Source of the DNA: Tubiluchus corallicola
Taxonomy: Eukaryota > Animalia > Priapulida
Length of the DNA stretch: 64,000 nucleotides
Reading direction: 5' to 3'
NCBI GenBank assembly: GCA_030141605.1
Contig: JAQGDQ010002382.1
Location: 186,001-250,000, forward strand
How positions within the stretch are numbered: position 1 is the first letter of the stretch; every line of letters begins with the position of its first letter. This document shows, piece after piece, positions 27,049 to 40,327 of this stretch. The position numbers and the translations under genes were made by a program. Under the pieces are notes generated by a model. It searched no databases. It saw nothing but the letters and a program-made list of their open reading frames with translations, and was not told the DNA's origin.

Positions 27049-27252
27049 ACAAATGATACTGAAGCTTGGCACATATATACTTCGGACTACGTAAAAAATG
27101 TTGCATGTTGCCAAAAAACTGTTGTAATTGACGGTACAGATAGCCCTGAGTACAGATAGTACAAATGATACTGAAGCTTGGCACATTTGTACATCGGACT
27201 ACGTAAAAAATGTAGCATGTTGCCAAAAAACTGTTGTAATTGACGGTACAGA
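27049..27252. repeat. direct duplication, period 112 bp
   Basis: ACAAATGATACTGAAGCTTGGCACAT...TTGACGGTACAGAT at 27049 and 27161. Confidence 0.9.
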
Positions 27253-28485
27253 TTGTTCAATACAAAAACAGAATTATAACTTTCACTGATTAGTTAAAAT
27301 GATCAGAGGTTTCATGTGACCAGCCATATCGAAAATATAGTTCCCAACAAAATAAAATTTACTGTGTTGATGTAAATAGTCCACAAAGTTGCTCTTCGTG
27401 AATTCAAAATACTTTGATAGTAAACCGACGCCTCTGAAGCTCCTTCCCAGGGGATTTCCTTTTATAATGAGGTTCTGTTTCCATATTAAGACCGCCTCTA
27501 CCTGCCATTACGGGAAGGACAGTGCGATGAAATATGTTAGGTGGCGCAAAAAACGTGCCGATACTTTGATCACGGAATCGCTTGAAAGTTACCACACAGA
27601 TGGTACAGACGTTTGTGTGATAATATCAGAAATTTTTGGTCATTCATATAATTATAATTTTTCCAAAGATACAAAAGTCTGAAAACAGGAAGTCAAAAAA
27701 GTAAATACCGGAAAAAATTGTGTTACTGTTGTTAAACTTACCGACAATGCTCTACGTGTCCACCATTTAGCTGCAAACTAAACGAAGGCGTTCCTTCCGA
27801 CAGCTGACACAATTTCTACCTTCTTTAATTAAGGGGTACTTGATCCCACCTGCTCAACAATTTTTGCTCTTAGTTTCTCTGAATCAAACGGCTCTGTATG
27901 ACCGTCGCATACGCTGGAAATTCAAGATACTTTAGTTTAGTTCAGGATTAAGTTTAATTTTTTTATTTGACAGCAAATCCTTATCAATATTTTACTATAG
28001 CCCAGGATGTAAAATGAGCTAACATTGTTCTGGCATTTAAATATTTGACGTACAAAAGATTTTCGGCCATGGCTTAAAACTATACACTTGCAACTCTCAC
28101 AACCAAAAGTCAATGCATTGTAGTACCAAGCTGTTAAACTTCATCTTTGTAGAGAACCTGCTTCTACTGTACTGTAGTTTAAATTTTGGTATTTTTCTGC
28201 GCCAGCAGATGAAAAAGACATTTGAAATTGTTCACTTGGCTGAAATTAAGGTTTTGGAAATTGAAGAGCTACTGTTGAAGAGAAGGATCAAGCCAAAGAA
28301 CTGGATAAGGATGTTGCTGAATATGACAATTAAAAGAATCAAATTTATCTATTGCTGCCTTCATTGATAACAACTGGGTTACCATCTGAGAATTTGCTGT
28401 TTGCAACAAACTGTAAACATTAATTACAAAGGGAAATGACAGGTCGGCAACTAGAAGTTTTTTACACATGGAGTTCATACATGGT

Positions 28486-28770
<285 letters not shown>

Positions 28771-30445
28771 TAAGTGTTTACTGAATATTTGCTGTGCAAT
28801 TTAGTGAATAATTTATAGCATAACGAGTAGTATACCAGCAATTACAACGTCACTTAGCTTGGTTGGATCATTAATCTCCAATCTGCAACAACTATTATAT
28901 GCGAGATTATGCCAAGTAAACAGCAATCATAGGGCTATAAATGAAGACTGTGTGAACATAATGGTAAAACCAACGCACTCATCCAGAACATTTAGCTGAA
29001 TTGCTTGACCAAAAGTTCCTTTGGTTTAAATTGAAGTACTAAAATACCGATAAGAAACGGCAAAAGGAAAAAATCCATAGTAATTATTTAGGTAAGTTGA
29101 CTGCTGCTGCATGTGCAAACGATAACGACAACAATAACAACAAGAGCAGCAATAACAACAACAGCAGCAACAACAACATCAACAACCTTGAAGTCAACAT
29201 TTAACACTATACGTAGATAACAATGATCATTCATCTTTACATTTGAATCTGACTTTCACTCAAATTACAGACTTGCAGTATAATTATTTTCCCATTGTGC
29301 TTCTGTGAGAATGACCTTTATTATGATTTTTAGTTCTACTACTGACAATTCTTTTAATCACTGCCATGCCTCAGGTGTCATGATTAAACGATGACTCGCT
29401 CGCTTTACCATACAATCAGGTCTGTCACAGAAACGTGATCTTTTACACAAGTGTGGTAATTTAAAATAATCAGTGCGTTCAGATGAAAGTATTAAACTTC
29501 AGGTGTAGGGTTGATGAAAGGAGAGTGAAACAAAGCGTTATAATATTGTGAACATCGTGTAGTAAATCGTACTGAATGCAGCTGATATTCTAGCTGCCGT
29601 TGGTGTTAAAAATTTAAACAGCATAATTAAAAATGGTGGCTGAATAAGGTCATGGGGCGTTAGTGGCAATGATGGTGTTGTTGGCGTTGATGTTTGTGTT
29701 AGTTGCGGTGCCACATGGCAGTGCATATTGATTATGAGAGTGATGATGATGACGACGACGACGACAATGATGATAACTTTAGGATGTTTCGGAACTTGCA
29801 GTGTGACTACAACCGACGAGTATTGACAACTGACTGCTTTATCGACGTTTGGTTAAGCGACGTATCGACTCTTCAGTTAGTTTTTTAAATTTTGCAAAAT
29901 ACGGTCGCGTCTCTGAATTCAAATGAGATCTGCATCAGAAGTGTCTGAGCTTCACAAAAATGATAATTTTATTTCTATGATTGTCTACAGCACACCCACA
30001 CACAGAGGAGCAAAAACTTTAATGGTTCCCAGTTTATTTCACTTACACGTGCCTAGAAGTATATACAGCTCAGTTGCTCATTGTCCCAATGGTTGACTAT
30101 ATTTTTAGCAGGAAACTGCAAACTGCAACAACAACAATAGCAACGGTAGTAACAACAAAAATAACAACAACAACGATAAAACAACAATAACGACAACAGC
30201 CGCAGCCCTTGCTATGAAACTAGCGTTTTTTTATAATTTGACAATAGTGCAAGTGTCAACGGGCAGAATCTATTTAATTTAGATGGTTGTGGCAAAAAGA
30301 GAGCCTGATTTATCACCAAGGTTACGCATCTAAGTTGAGGCACTAAATTGGCAGAGATATTTTAGACATGTTCAAATGTGAATGCGAATTTTCTTCAATC
30401 TTTTTACTTTACTGTTTTAAACATTTCAATAATTATTCTTGTCGT

Positions 30446-31202
30446 TAGGACCGGCTTTACCACCAGGCAAACTAGACGGGTTGCCTAGGGCACCATTTTC
30501 TTAGAGGGGAGGGGCTCAAAATTCTGGAAGTGATTCCTTATTTTTAAGTTTAGTATAAGCAATAACATAGTGATTGACACGTTACCAAGTTCTTGTCCAC
30601 AGTTTATATTGTAGGCATAGGGCAGCAGCCAAAGTAACGACTCCTTTCCTTAACAGAAAAGTTCCTTGCATTAGCATTTATCTAATCGTGGCAGATAGAC
30701 TTGTAAGAGTCGAAGCTTTCAGTAGCATAATACACGAAACAAAAAGTAAAAGAAGCTGGTGGACAGTGAACAGCAACAAAATCTTAAAAGAGAGTATTTA
30801 CAACCAGACCAGAGTTATATGGTTGTGAAGATGATGATGCTAATGGAATGGACGTATGTGAAAAAGAGGAGTCAGAAGACTCAGTCACTGTTCTCTGATG
30901 ATAAGGCTGAAGGAAAATCTAGCCATGAATATGAACATGAAGGCTGCGCGGCTGAAATTGTAGAAATATTGATTGCTCGTGAAGACCCAGGACGTACAAT
31001 GATGTCAATTTCAAATGTAGTTGTAGAGTGGTAGTTAACTTCAGTTAATCAGTACACAATAATGTATAGGCCCAACACACAAGTACCATTAATACTTTAA
31101 TATATACAACAAAAACACAATTTTGTAGTGGTTGTATGACGTATGTGTGGGGGATTAAAAATACTTTTGGCTAGGGCGTCAAATGACCTAGAACCCGCCC
31201 AA
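30446..31202. mobile_element. hAT-type non-autonomous element
   Basis: Degenerate TIRs TAGGACCGGCTTTA / CTAGAACCCGCCCAA; TSD CTTGTCGT / CTTGTCAT; CTAGGGC subterminal motifs. Confidence 0.7.
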
Positions 31203-31241
31203 CTTGTCATTAAAGCTGACACAAAATTAGCACTTTCAAGT

Positions 31242-31345
31242 GTGATGTATAGCCGAGTGGTCACGGACGGAATGAGCTGTTAGTGACCAAAATTAAGAAT
31301 GGTCAGTCGAAGCTGGTCAGTTAAGGATGGGTGATCACCTGGTTC
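31242..31345 (+). mobile_element. degenerate tRNA-box-A plus 5S-internal-promoter hybrid SINE head
   Basis: TAGCCGAGTGG (tRNA box A-like) followed by GACCAAAATTAAG...CTGGTCAGT...GGATGGGTGATCACCTGG (5S box A/IE/box C-like). Confidence 0.5.
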
Positions 31346-31556
31346 AATACTTGCTCGGGATAGTTTTGCGATATTGGTTGTTTTCCTCTTGTGGCTAAAA
31401 TATCTCTGCAAATTTTTTTAGTGTGTCAACTTAGATGCGTAGCCTTGATGATGAATCAGGCTCTGATCTTGCCACAACCATCTAAATTAAATATATTCCA
31501 CCTTTTGACACTTGCACTATTGTCAAATCATAAAAAACGCTAGTTTTATAGCAGGG

Positions 31557-31561
31557 GCTGC

Positions 31562-31592
<31 letters not shown>

Positions 31593-31816
31593 TCTGCTGC
31601 TACCGTTTTCGCTGTTGTTGCTGCTATTGTTGTCTTATTTTATCGTTGTTGTTGTTATTGTTTTTGTTGTTATATCGTTGCTGCTGTTGTTTCTGTCGCT
31701 ATCGTTGTCGTTGTCGTCGTCGTTCTTGTTGTTGTCATTGTCGTTACCATTGTCGCTGTCGCTGTTGTTGTTCCTGTTATTTTTTGCAATTACTGCTGTT
31801 GTTGTTGCCGTTGCTG
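31557..31816. repeat. (CTG)n(TTG/TCG)n compound microsatellite
   Basis: Direct reading. Confidence 0.9.
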
Positions 31817-32189
31817 TGATTTTCTGGAATTTGTGAGTAAATAAAAACCCGCCATTGCTTATGTGTAACTCCATTTTATACCAAACGTGCTCAGGTGTCA
31901 CAGTTCTCTCATGTTCTCAATATTCCCATAGCGCACCTGCTAGTGTTTGTGTTGGACCATAAATCAAACTAATTAGCGCGATCGCAAATTATTAGCTAGC
32001 TACATTGCTTCTATGATGTGCTTAATTAGCTCCTATAGCTCATCTGTTGTATCTACAAATGCAAGATTGCATTATAACTGATTATAGATAACAGCGTAGA
32101 TGGATTTACAATCTGGAACAAAATGTACGTCATAAGCGAAAAGCTACATGGGAGCAAGAAAAGAAGAAAACATCAAGAGAAAAACTGCT

Positions 32190-32525
32190 TATTTATTTAT
32201 TTATTCTATTTTAATCACACCCAATAGTAAAATAGAGTCTACAATAAAAACAATATAATATAAAACACGTTGGCAAAGAACATACAAATAAAATATTTAC
32301 AAGAGTGTGGTAAAGACACAAAGATATTAACTGCTTACATGTGTCCGTTGTGTACAAGGAATTTATGCAAGTTAACTTTATATAGGCGGTTTTTAAATAA
32401 CTTAATATTTTATGCAGTTACGTGGGGTACACCATCAACATATGCAGGCAGTGAGTTCCAAATCGGTACAACACGATTTGAGAAAAATTGACCAAATGAT
32501 ACTTTAGCTCTTCGACGCACGAAAA
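32190..32525 (-). mobile_element. CR1-like LINE 3' fragment
   Basis: FFSNRVVPIWNSLP motif, (TAAA)n tail at 32190-32205. Confidence 0.7.
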
Positions 32526-32699
32526 GCTTGTTTACTGTTAGGATAGTTGCTACAATTAAGTTTAAGTTTATTACACACCAAATGAGAAGTAAACAATATA
32601 CATTAAGATACATACATATACATACAAACATATACATCATATAAAAACATGCTATACACATTAAATTACGTACATACACAAAAAGCAGCATGATAATGA

Positions 32700-33075
32700 G
32701 GGGCGGTGTGGGGGAGACACGAAAAGCAAATGCTTCTTACATGTGCCTGTTAAATACTAAGAAAGCATTTAGATCGACATAATTTAGTCGCCGTATAAAA
32801 AAAGTTTGCATTGCGAGCTTTTGCTAATGGTGCATCATTTACAATTTCTGGTAAACTACTCCAAATCGAAAAAAATGACCAAATATTTTTAGCAGATCGC
32901 TTGACATACATTTTAAGTGAGTTGGTACTTCTTGTCCGACTAGATGTAGCAAATGAGAAAAATTTATCTCTGTCTATATCTACGTCTTTATGTATGATTT
33001 GATAACACAGTATAAATCTTTATCTAACCGTCTTTCCTCTAATGATCTAAGAGTTAGAAAGTTCAATCGTAACGG
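32700..33075 (-). mobile_element. second degenerate CR1-like LINE 3' fragment
   Basis: LNFLTLRSLEERRL..DL and IWSNLPEIV motifs with frameshifts. Confidence 0.55.
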
Positions 33076-33959
33076 ATTTGACAAATAAGTAATGTTACCT
33101 GCCAGTTTGAATAGTTGGATTCACAGCGTCGATCACCGCAACATATTCTTGGGTTGATACGAAACGCGTAACGATATAAAAATCGCATTACGTGACTCAG
33201 TGACTCAGTGATACATTAATTAACAACATAGGTAAAACAGTAATAATAACTATTTATGTAACTATGATGTGAAGTTGAAATTGTGATTAAAGTGAAAGTT
33301 GTCGTGTTTTCAAACTTTCATTTCTTTCCCTTATAACTCTTTTACTTGAATTGAAACTTCATTTAACTTTTTATTGGTAATCTTCTTATTGATTATAGCT
33401 ATAAAATTTTACTGTTTACTTTTTACTCGTGTAGTTATTTCTTGTGCCTAATAAATAAATAATAAATAATAAAAACGGTACTGTGTACTGTGTCAGCGTT
33501 GACTTCTCTTGCAGCAGCTTTATCTTCAAAGTTATACCCCCCCCCCCCAACCGAAAATATTACAGAGCTGAGCGTATACTGTAACGGACCAAGAAATACA
33601 CAGCAGTCAACATGTCATTTGAACCAATAGCCGTTATGGTTGGCTGTTAGGAACTGCTTACAGCACTTCAATTTGCCGTGTATCATTTCACATTTGCAAC
33701 TTAAACTCTGTGAAATAAGCAGTAATTGGAATAATGATATTTTACCCTTAGTGGTAATAACAGTAATGTGCTTGCCCTTGAGGGACATTGTGCTTTTATA
33801 AGTAGCAGCTAAAATGTTACAACACAAATGGACCGCCGAGTGGCATTAGCAGGCAGAAGATGGCAATCGCGTTGAAGGAAGACAATGAAGACGAAGAGGT
33901 TTAACTTCATCTGCGTCCAGAAGCATTAATCGTAATATCATGAAAGATATACGAAGCTG

Positions 33960-35185
33960 TCTAGCTACCTACATAGCCACCCACCTAACTTCCTGCCTAC
34001 CCACAGTCTGCCAACCTGCCTACCTACCTATAGGCACATCCTACTTACCTACCAACCCTCTGCCTTCTTACCCACCTACCTACCTTCCTACCGACTTACC
34101 TACCGACCGACTGACCTACCTACCTATACCTAAATGCCTACCTACCTGCCTACTTAGCTGCCTACCTAGATACCTGCTTTGCCTACCTATATGTACATCC
34201 TACTTACCTACCTACGCCCTGCCTTCTTACCTACTTACCTGCCTGCCTACCTACCTATCTACCAACCAACCTACCTTCCTACCCACCTACCTACCTACCT
34301 AACTAACAACCTATTGTTCGTATGCCTGCCTGCCTGCCTGCCTATTCCCTGTTTGTACTATTCCCCTATATACCTGACCAGCTACTTACCTACGTATTTA
34401 CCTACCTGCTTACCTTCTTACATACTACTTAGTACCCACTTACCTACCTGCCTACTTAGCTGCCTACCTAGATACCTGCTTTGCCTACCTATATGTACAT
34501 CCTACTTACCTACCTACGCCCTGCCTTCTTACCTACTTACCTGCCTGCCTACCTACCTATCTACCAACCAACCTACCTTCCTACCCACCTACCTACCTAC
34601 CTAACTAACAACCTATTGTTCGTATGCCTGCCTGCCTGCCTGCCTATTCCCTGTTTGTACTATTCCCCTATATACCTGACCAGCTACTTACCTACGTATT
34701 TACCTACCTGCTTACCTTCTTACATACTACTTAGTACCCACTTACCTACCTGCCTACTTAGCTGCCTACCTAGATACCTGCTTTGCCTACCTATATGTAC
34801 ATCCTACTTACCTACCTACGCCCTGCCTTCTTACCTACTTACCTGCCTGCCTACCTACCTATCTACCAACCAACCTACCTTCCTACCCACCTACCTACCT
34901 ACCTGCCTACCTAACTAACAACCTATTGTTCGTATGCCTGCCTGCCTGCCTATTCCCTGTTTGTTACTATTCCCCTATATACCTGACCAGCTGCTTACCT
35001 ACGTATTTACCTACCTGCTTACCTTCTTACATACTACTTAGTACCCACTTACCTACCTGCCTAGTGCCTACGTACTTACCCAATAGTGAGGCACATGCTT
35101 ACTTAACACTAGGGCAGCACAGATCTAAAATTCTTTTGGAGTAAGTCTTACGAAACTGGCTCCACTATAACTTCCTACCTACCTA
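33960..35185. repeat. (ACCT/GCCT)n microsatellite region with 302-bp higher-order repeat x3
   Basis: Identical pseudo-ORFs start at 34179 and 34481 (302 bp apart); third unit follows. Confidence 0.92.
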
Positions 35186-37184
35186 GGCAATTACTACTGC
35201 CCTGCTTTTCTGTGGTTCCTGCACCTAACGGTTGTCTATAGTTTGGTAAACAATGTGGAAAAGGCATCAACGCATCACTAAATCAGTATAGCGATAGATG
35301 ATTATACGGTCGCGTATGTCAGTCCCTATTCCCCATACCATTCTAAATCTTTTATTACTCGAGATTATACAATCCCCAGTTGATAGGATGCGTGTCATAC
35401 CCAATTTGCTGTGATTAAACTATTCAAGCGACAGATAAGATCGAACAAGAGGCTTACTTCCACAGAAGCGCGCAAGAATAAGTGACAATTCTCACATGAA
35501 TTCGTGAACAAGGCACAGAGTCTATTGGCGTATAATGGTTTTTACATATCAGAAGGTTATTTGTCAAGATGGGTTACCATCCTCATAAGACATGGCGCCT
35601 TTAATCATATTTCCCTTTTAGTAATTGCAATCTTAAAGCAATCAAGCACTTCCTGGATGTGCTTCTGAGTTTTCAAATCTTTTTGAACAATTCTGGCGTG
35701 CCCTACGTGTCCAGAAATACTAAACGTTATTTTACATCTACAATACTTGGCTGAAACAAATAGTGAAGAAAAATGTTGGATTTTTTATTTTCGTTTGCCC
35801 GTGCAAGCCGACCAGCATTCAGAATAAAGGCAGCAAACACGATTTGGTAAAAATTACATTCTGTAGTAAACCGGAACTGTTACTGTTCACAGAGGAATGC
35901 TGACCTAGCATTGATCACTAAGTAAATTTATTCTCTATAGTCTTGGGGCTACTACTTAATCCCTGAAGAAGCTTGGGTAGCTTTATCCAAATAAGGAAAG
36001 ATTTCTAAAACGGCAGAATTGTCAGATGTTCAAATGCTTAGCAGGTACTAACCAGAACGAGTGCTGCTTCACTTTGAAAAACTTTGAGGTTATGACGCCA
36101 ATCTGACTCATCGTGGTACATGTATGTAAATAATGTACTTTCTCAGTATAGTATAGTCTTGGCCTAGTACATGCTTCATACTTAAATAATCCATACTAGA
36201 CCAGTGTACCGTGTAGACCACGTGGTGTACTGCTTGGTTTTTTTTATCTGCCTTAAGCCGTACCACATATATATATACATTGTAATGTACAATGACTCCT
36301 GCTTTTAATCGAGAACAGAGAAAGGAAAGAGTGAATGAGCGAGAGAAGGAAAAAGAAATCAGAGATAGACAAAAGAAATTTAAAATTCAAAATTTTTAAG
36401 AAAAATAAACGTGACTAATTTATTTCTACTGGGAGTCCAGTTGTTCAGAGGCTAAAATTGGACATTGTCCAAAAATCAGATGGATTTTGGTCAAAATATG
36501 CGTGAGGAAGGCGTGATTCCGCGCATATTTTGTATCATTTTTCGAAAAATGGGTTATTTGTACATGGATGGGAACCTAATACGTTGGTAAACATCAGACG
36601 ATGATACATTTAATGTACGATCTATAATGTAGTCAGGTACAGGCATGCCACATTGCGTGTACATTATAAATGCACTTTACCTATATGTTGGTATTAGCAA
36701 ATTACGAGTAGCGCATTGCGTTAGTGAACCGCCTCCGTTCTATAACTGCGCCGAGGCTTTTGTTTGCTAAACAATTTTTCCCCAGGAAAATCAAAAAGTT
36801 CGTGTAATCTTTTGTCGTGAGATTATTCATACATTCACGCACCTGCATAGTGTATTTGTTTTGAAATAACGCCAGTCTAGCAGGTTCGTTGTGAAAGAAA
36901 ATAGCAGCAAAGTTTATTAAATTTTCAGAGGAATTTACGTTATTAGAGTGAAGCCTTTGTACCTTTTAGCTGATAATGTTGTCAATATATAGTATTACAA
37001 AAAACTTAATCGAGCGCGCAATTCTGATAAGGTTAATTTTCGTGCCAGGACAAGCTACCTCATACTATGCTCCTAAAAATAAAATAATATATTCGTTTAA
37101 TATATTAAGATTAGTTCCAAAGCTTCACAACAGGACTGAGGCATCCAAGGCGTAGCAACAAGAACTTATTTATATAAGGAAGCC

Positions 37185-37187
<3 letters not shown>

Positions 37188-37227
<40 letters not shown>

Positions 37228-37303
37228 TCTTTCTTTCTCTCTCTTTCTCCCCTCTCTCTTTCTCTCTCTCTCTCTTCATCACTCTCTCTCCCCTCTCTCT
37301 CCC

Positions 37304-37354
<51 letters not shown>

Positions 37355-37422
37355 ACTCTCTTTCTCTCTTTCTCTTACTCCCTCCTGTCTCTCTCTCTTT
37401 CTCTCTGTCTCTCTCTCTCTTT

Positions 37423-37498
<76 letters not shown>

Positions 37499-37555
37499 TC
37501 TCTCTCTCTGTCTCCTTCTCTCTCTCCCCATTCTCTCCCTTTTATTTTCTCTCTT
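37188..37555. repeat. (CT)n pyrimidine tract
   Basis: Direct reading. Confidence 0.95.
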
Positions 37556-39390
37556 CATCACGGAATAGTAAGCAGTATCAATAATGTGCACACGTTCCAC
37601 ACAGTGTTCGTTACATATGACAAACACATTTTTTAAAATTTATCCTGCAGACCTGCATACTTTACAGTTTAGTACTTTATGTAGTTGGTCATATTTACTG
37701 CCACTGATATTTATGACGAAGCAAAAAACCTTCATAAATCATAAACAATAATATCAAGTAATCAGGCCTCATATTATTTGAAAGGTTTCATCTATTTTAT
37801 ACAATCTGCATGCGAGCCAAAACTGTTTAAATAATAGTTTACATCAGTTCCATAATATTATTAATTTCACATATAACTGAAGGGTTTCACATTAAACTGC
37901 ATGAAACACAATCATGTGGTGAATTGTTATTAGAGAAGAGTAATTTCAGGATAAACTTTACCTAAACTGACCTGGCTCGGTGGTGGTATGCGATCGTGCC
38001 ATTATTATTCGCTGGTATCAAATTACGAAGCGTCAATAAAATACAAAATTAGAAATTTTCTGCATCGTCGAAAATGGCTGCTAAACTCGCTGAATAGCTA
38101 GAGAATAATTTGACATATATCAGTAAAATCGAGGTGAATCCGTTGAGAAAAAACCGTAAAATATGAAAAAATAACCAAATATTTCGCTCCTACCCAATGA
38201 ATAGTTTCACAAAATAAAAAATGTTCGTCCTGCTGTAGAAAGTTTGTAATAAATACACAATTAACTAGATACACTATAGATTTAATAACCACTTATTTCG
38301 AAAGGTCTTAATTGTTCTGACTATTTAAATTACAGGCCAAAAAATAAAATAAAACAATGCATAGCTTCGTAATTTACGATACGTCGTGGTACAACGTACA
38401 TAAACTACATAAACTAATTCACGTCGTTATCTAATTATATTGAACCATTAATATTGCTTTCTCTTACTTATATGTTTTTCAAGCTAAAGAAATAGCTTTT
38501 TGGTGCGTTATAAATCAAAAACTGTTTTAAGTTGTTTTGTGTCAACTTCATCTCAAAAACAGCAAAACTTCTGAACTAAATAAAACAGTAAACACTCTAT
38601 AAGCACTAGGAAAATAAACTGTTACAAGCGTTTTGCAAAAATAAACTGTTACAAGCGTTTTGCAAAGACGGTGTTTTCTACACGTAATTTTGCCCACAGA
38701 TATTTTATCTGCAAAAAGCAACGAAACATAAGCTTATCATTGGTACTTGGCATTCTAATTAAGTAATATTTTTTATTTAAATAGGACAGCATTAGTTTCC
38801 AAACTGCACAACAATATTGAAGCGATCTTCGCAAGAGTTTACTTAACTGACATCGTACTTGGTGCATTGACTTTAAGTCTAACTCCTGTGTACGACATAT
38901 ATAAAAATATATTTTATGTTTCTTATCAATGTGCCGCCTCTCCATATATTTATCCGGATGTTGTTACGTTTTTACTTTAGATAGAAAGTGATCTTGAACT
39001 ACGCCGTTAGTTCCATTTTCCAAAATCAAAGGTAAAAAAGGTTTCACAGGCCCAACTGTTGGTTTTCTAGCTTCGCAGTATAGCAGACATAACATATTTT
39101 AAAACAGAATGATCAGTTAAGGTGTATATGTACAGAGGGTGATCTGGTTACACTGTAAGAGCTGAGCAAATTTACGGATGCGTGAAAATAAACAATAGAT
39201 TTAATATGATAGCATTGTGAACAGAGATGGACAGCTCGTGGAACGAGGGTCATTTGTTTTTCCACTCGTTGTTGGTTTTGTCATTAAATGCTGGTTAAAT
39301 TCACAAGTGAGAACTTTAATTACCGTCACAGGGCTTTCTCGGGTTTATTTAAAGTTCACTGATTGTCTTCGTGTTAACTGTTGTTAAATG

Positions 39391-39870
39391 CAGGGCCTAT
39401 TTCAGCCTAAGCGAGGCCCCCTGGGGGGGGGGGGGGCGTTGGACGGGCGCCACCATGGTTGGCGCCCAGAAAATTTTTGAACTGCTAGAACGCCGGAGAA
39501 GTATTTTCGAAGAGAAAATATGAAGTTATACAGTTGTTAAAGGAAAGAACAATTGAAAGAAAAACTGCTTTATTCTCAAGACCAGTCCTTAATACTTGTC
39601 AAATAGTCAAATAAAAAACAACATCTTTGCAATATGTGATACCGTACTCTCTCACTTCCGTACAAGCCGGTGTTAGAAATTCCGAAATTGAAAACAGCTG
39701 AACATCGCACCGAGCCGCTCAAGGCAAACGGCGCGCGTGCGGCAAGAGAGAGGGAGAGAGGAGACAGTATGTTCGCAAAAAGCAAAAAAAATGTTACTTC
39801 GGCGCGAGGCCCCCCTGGAAGGAGAGGCCCCAGGGAAGTAACCCACTCCCCCCCCCTGAAATAGGCCCTG
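39391..39870. mobile_element. hAT-type MITE, 480 bp
   Basis: Perfect 15-bp TIR CAGGGCCTATTTCAG; perfect 8-bp TSD GTTAAATG (39383-39390, 39871-39878). Confidence 0.92.
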
Positions 39871-40284
39871 GTTAAATGTATGTAATTAAAATATAACTGG
39901 TTAGTTAATTATGTCTGCCTTCATGTTTTTTTGTTAAGTAGCAGTTCAGTAACTCTCGTGGTGATATTGAGAAAAATGATTTACGTGGTGCGTGCTGCTA
40001 AAATATTGCATGTACACAGCACAGGTACAATACATTCTTAGACATTTTGGTTACTCTGCAGAAAAGAGTGACCAGAGCTATAAATAAATACCCCAATAAG
40101 TCTTCTCTTAATGTACAAAGTAGTTCAATTCCTTCAACTTTACTTTCAAACACTTAACTATCTGTTACTGTATCAATTTCTTTTCTTCAGGTCTGCTTAA
40201 TCATTACCTATTTGGCTTTTGTTAACTACTTAATTAGTGCATAATAGACTCTGCCTATATGAACTGGTTGCATGTTTGTAAAAT

Positions 40285-40327
40285 TACCACTGGTGATGAC
40301 AGCAGCAGCTTGTCGAAACGTTTGGTA
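40285..40327 (+). ncRNA. minimal type I hammerhead-like motif (Penelope-like element relic)
   Basis: TACCA CTGGTGA T GACAG cagcagc TTGTC GAAAC GTT TGGTA: stem I, core with one substitution, stem II, palindromic ACGT stem III. Confidence 0.55.

Larger units (their letters stand above)
30202..31561. repeat. long inverted repeat, arms 30202-30365 and 31395-31561
   Basis: e.g. TTTGACAATAGTGCAAGTGTCAA / TTGACACTTGCACTATTGTCAAA and TTTAATTTAGATGGTTGTGGCAA / TTGCCACAACCATCTAAATTAAA. Confidence 0.88.
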
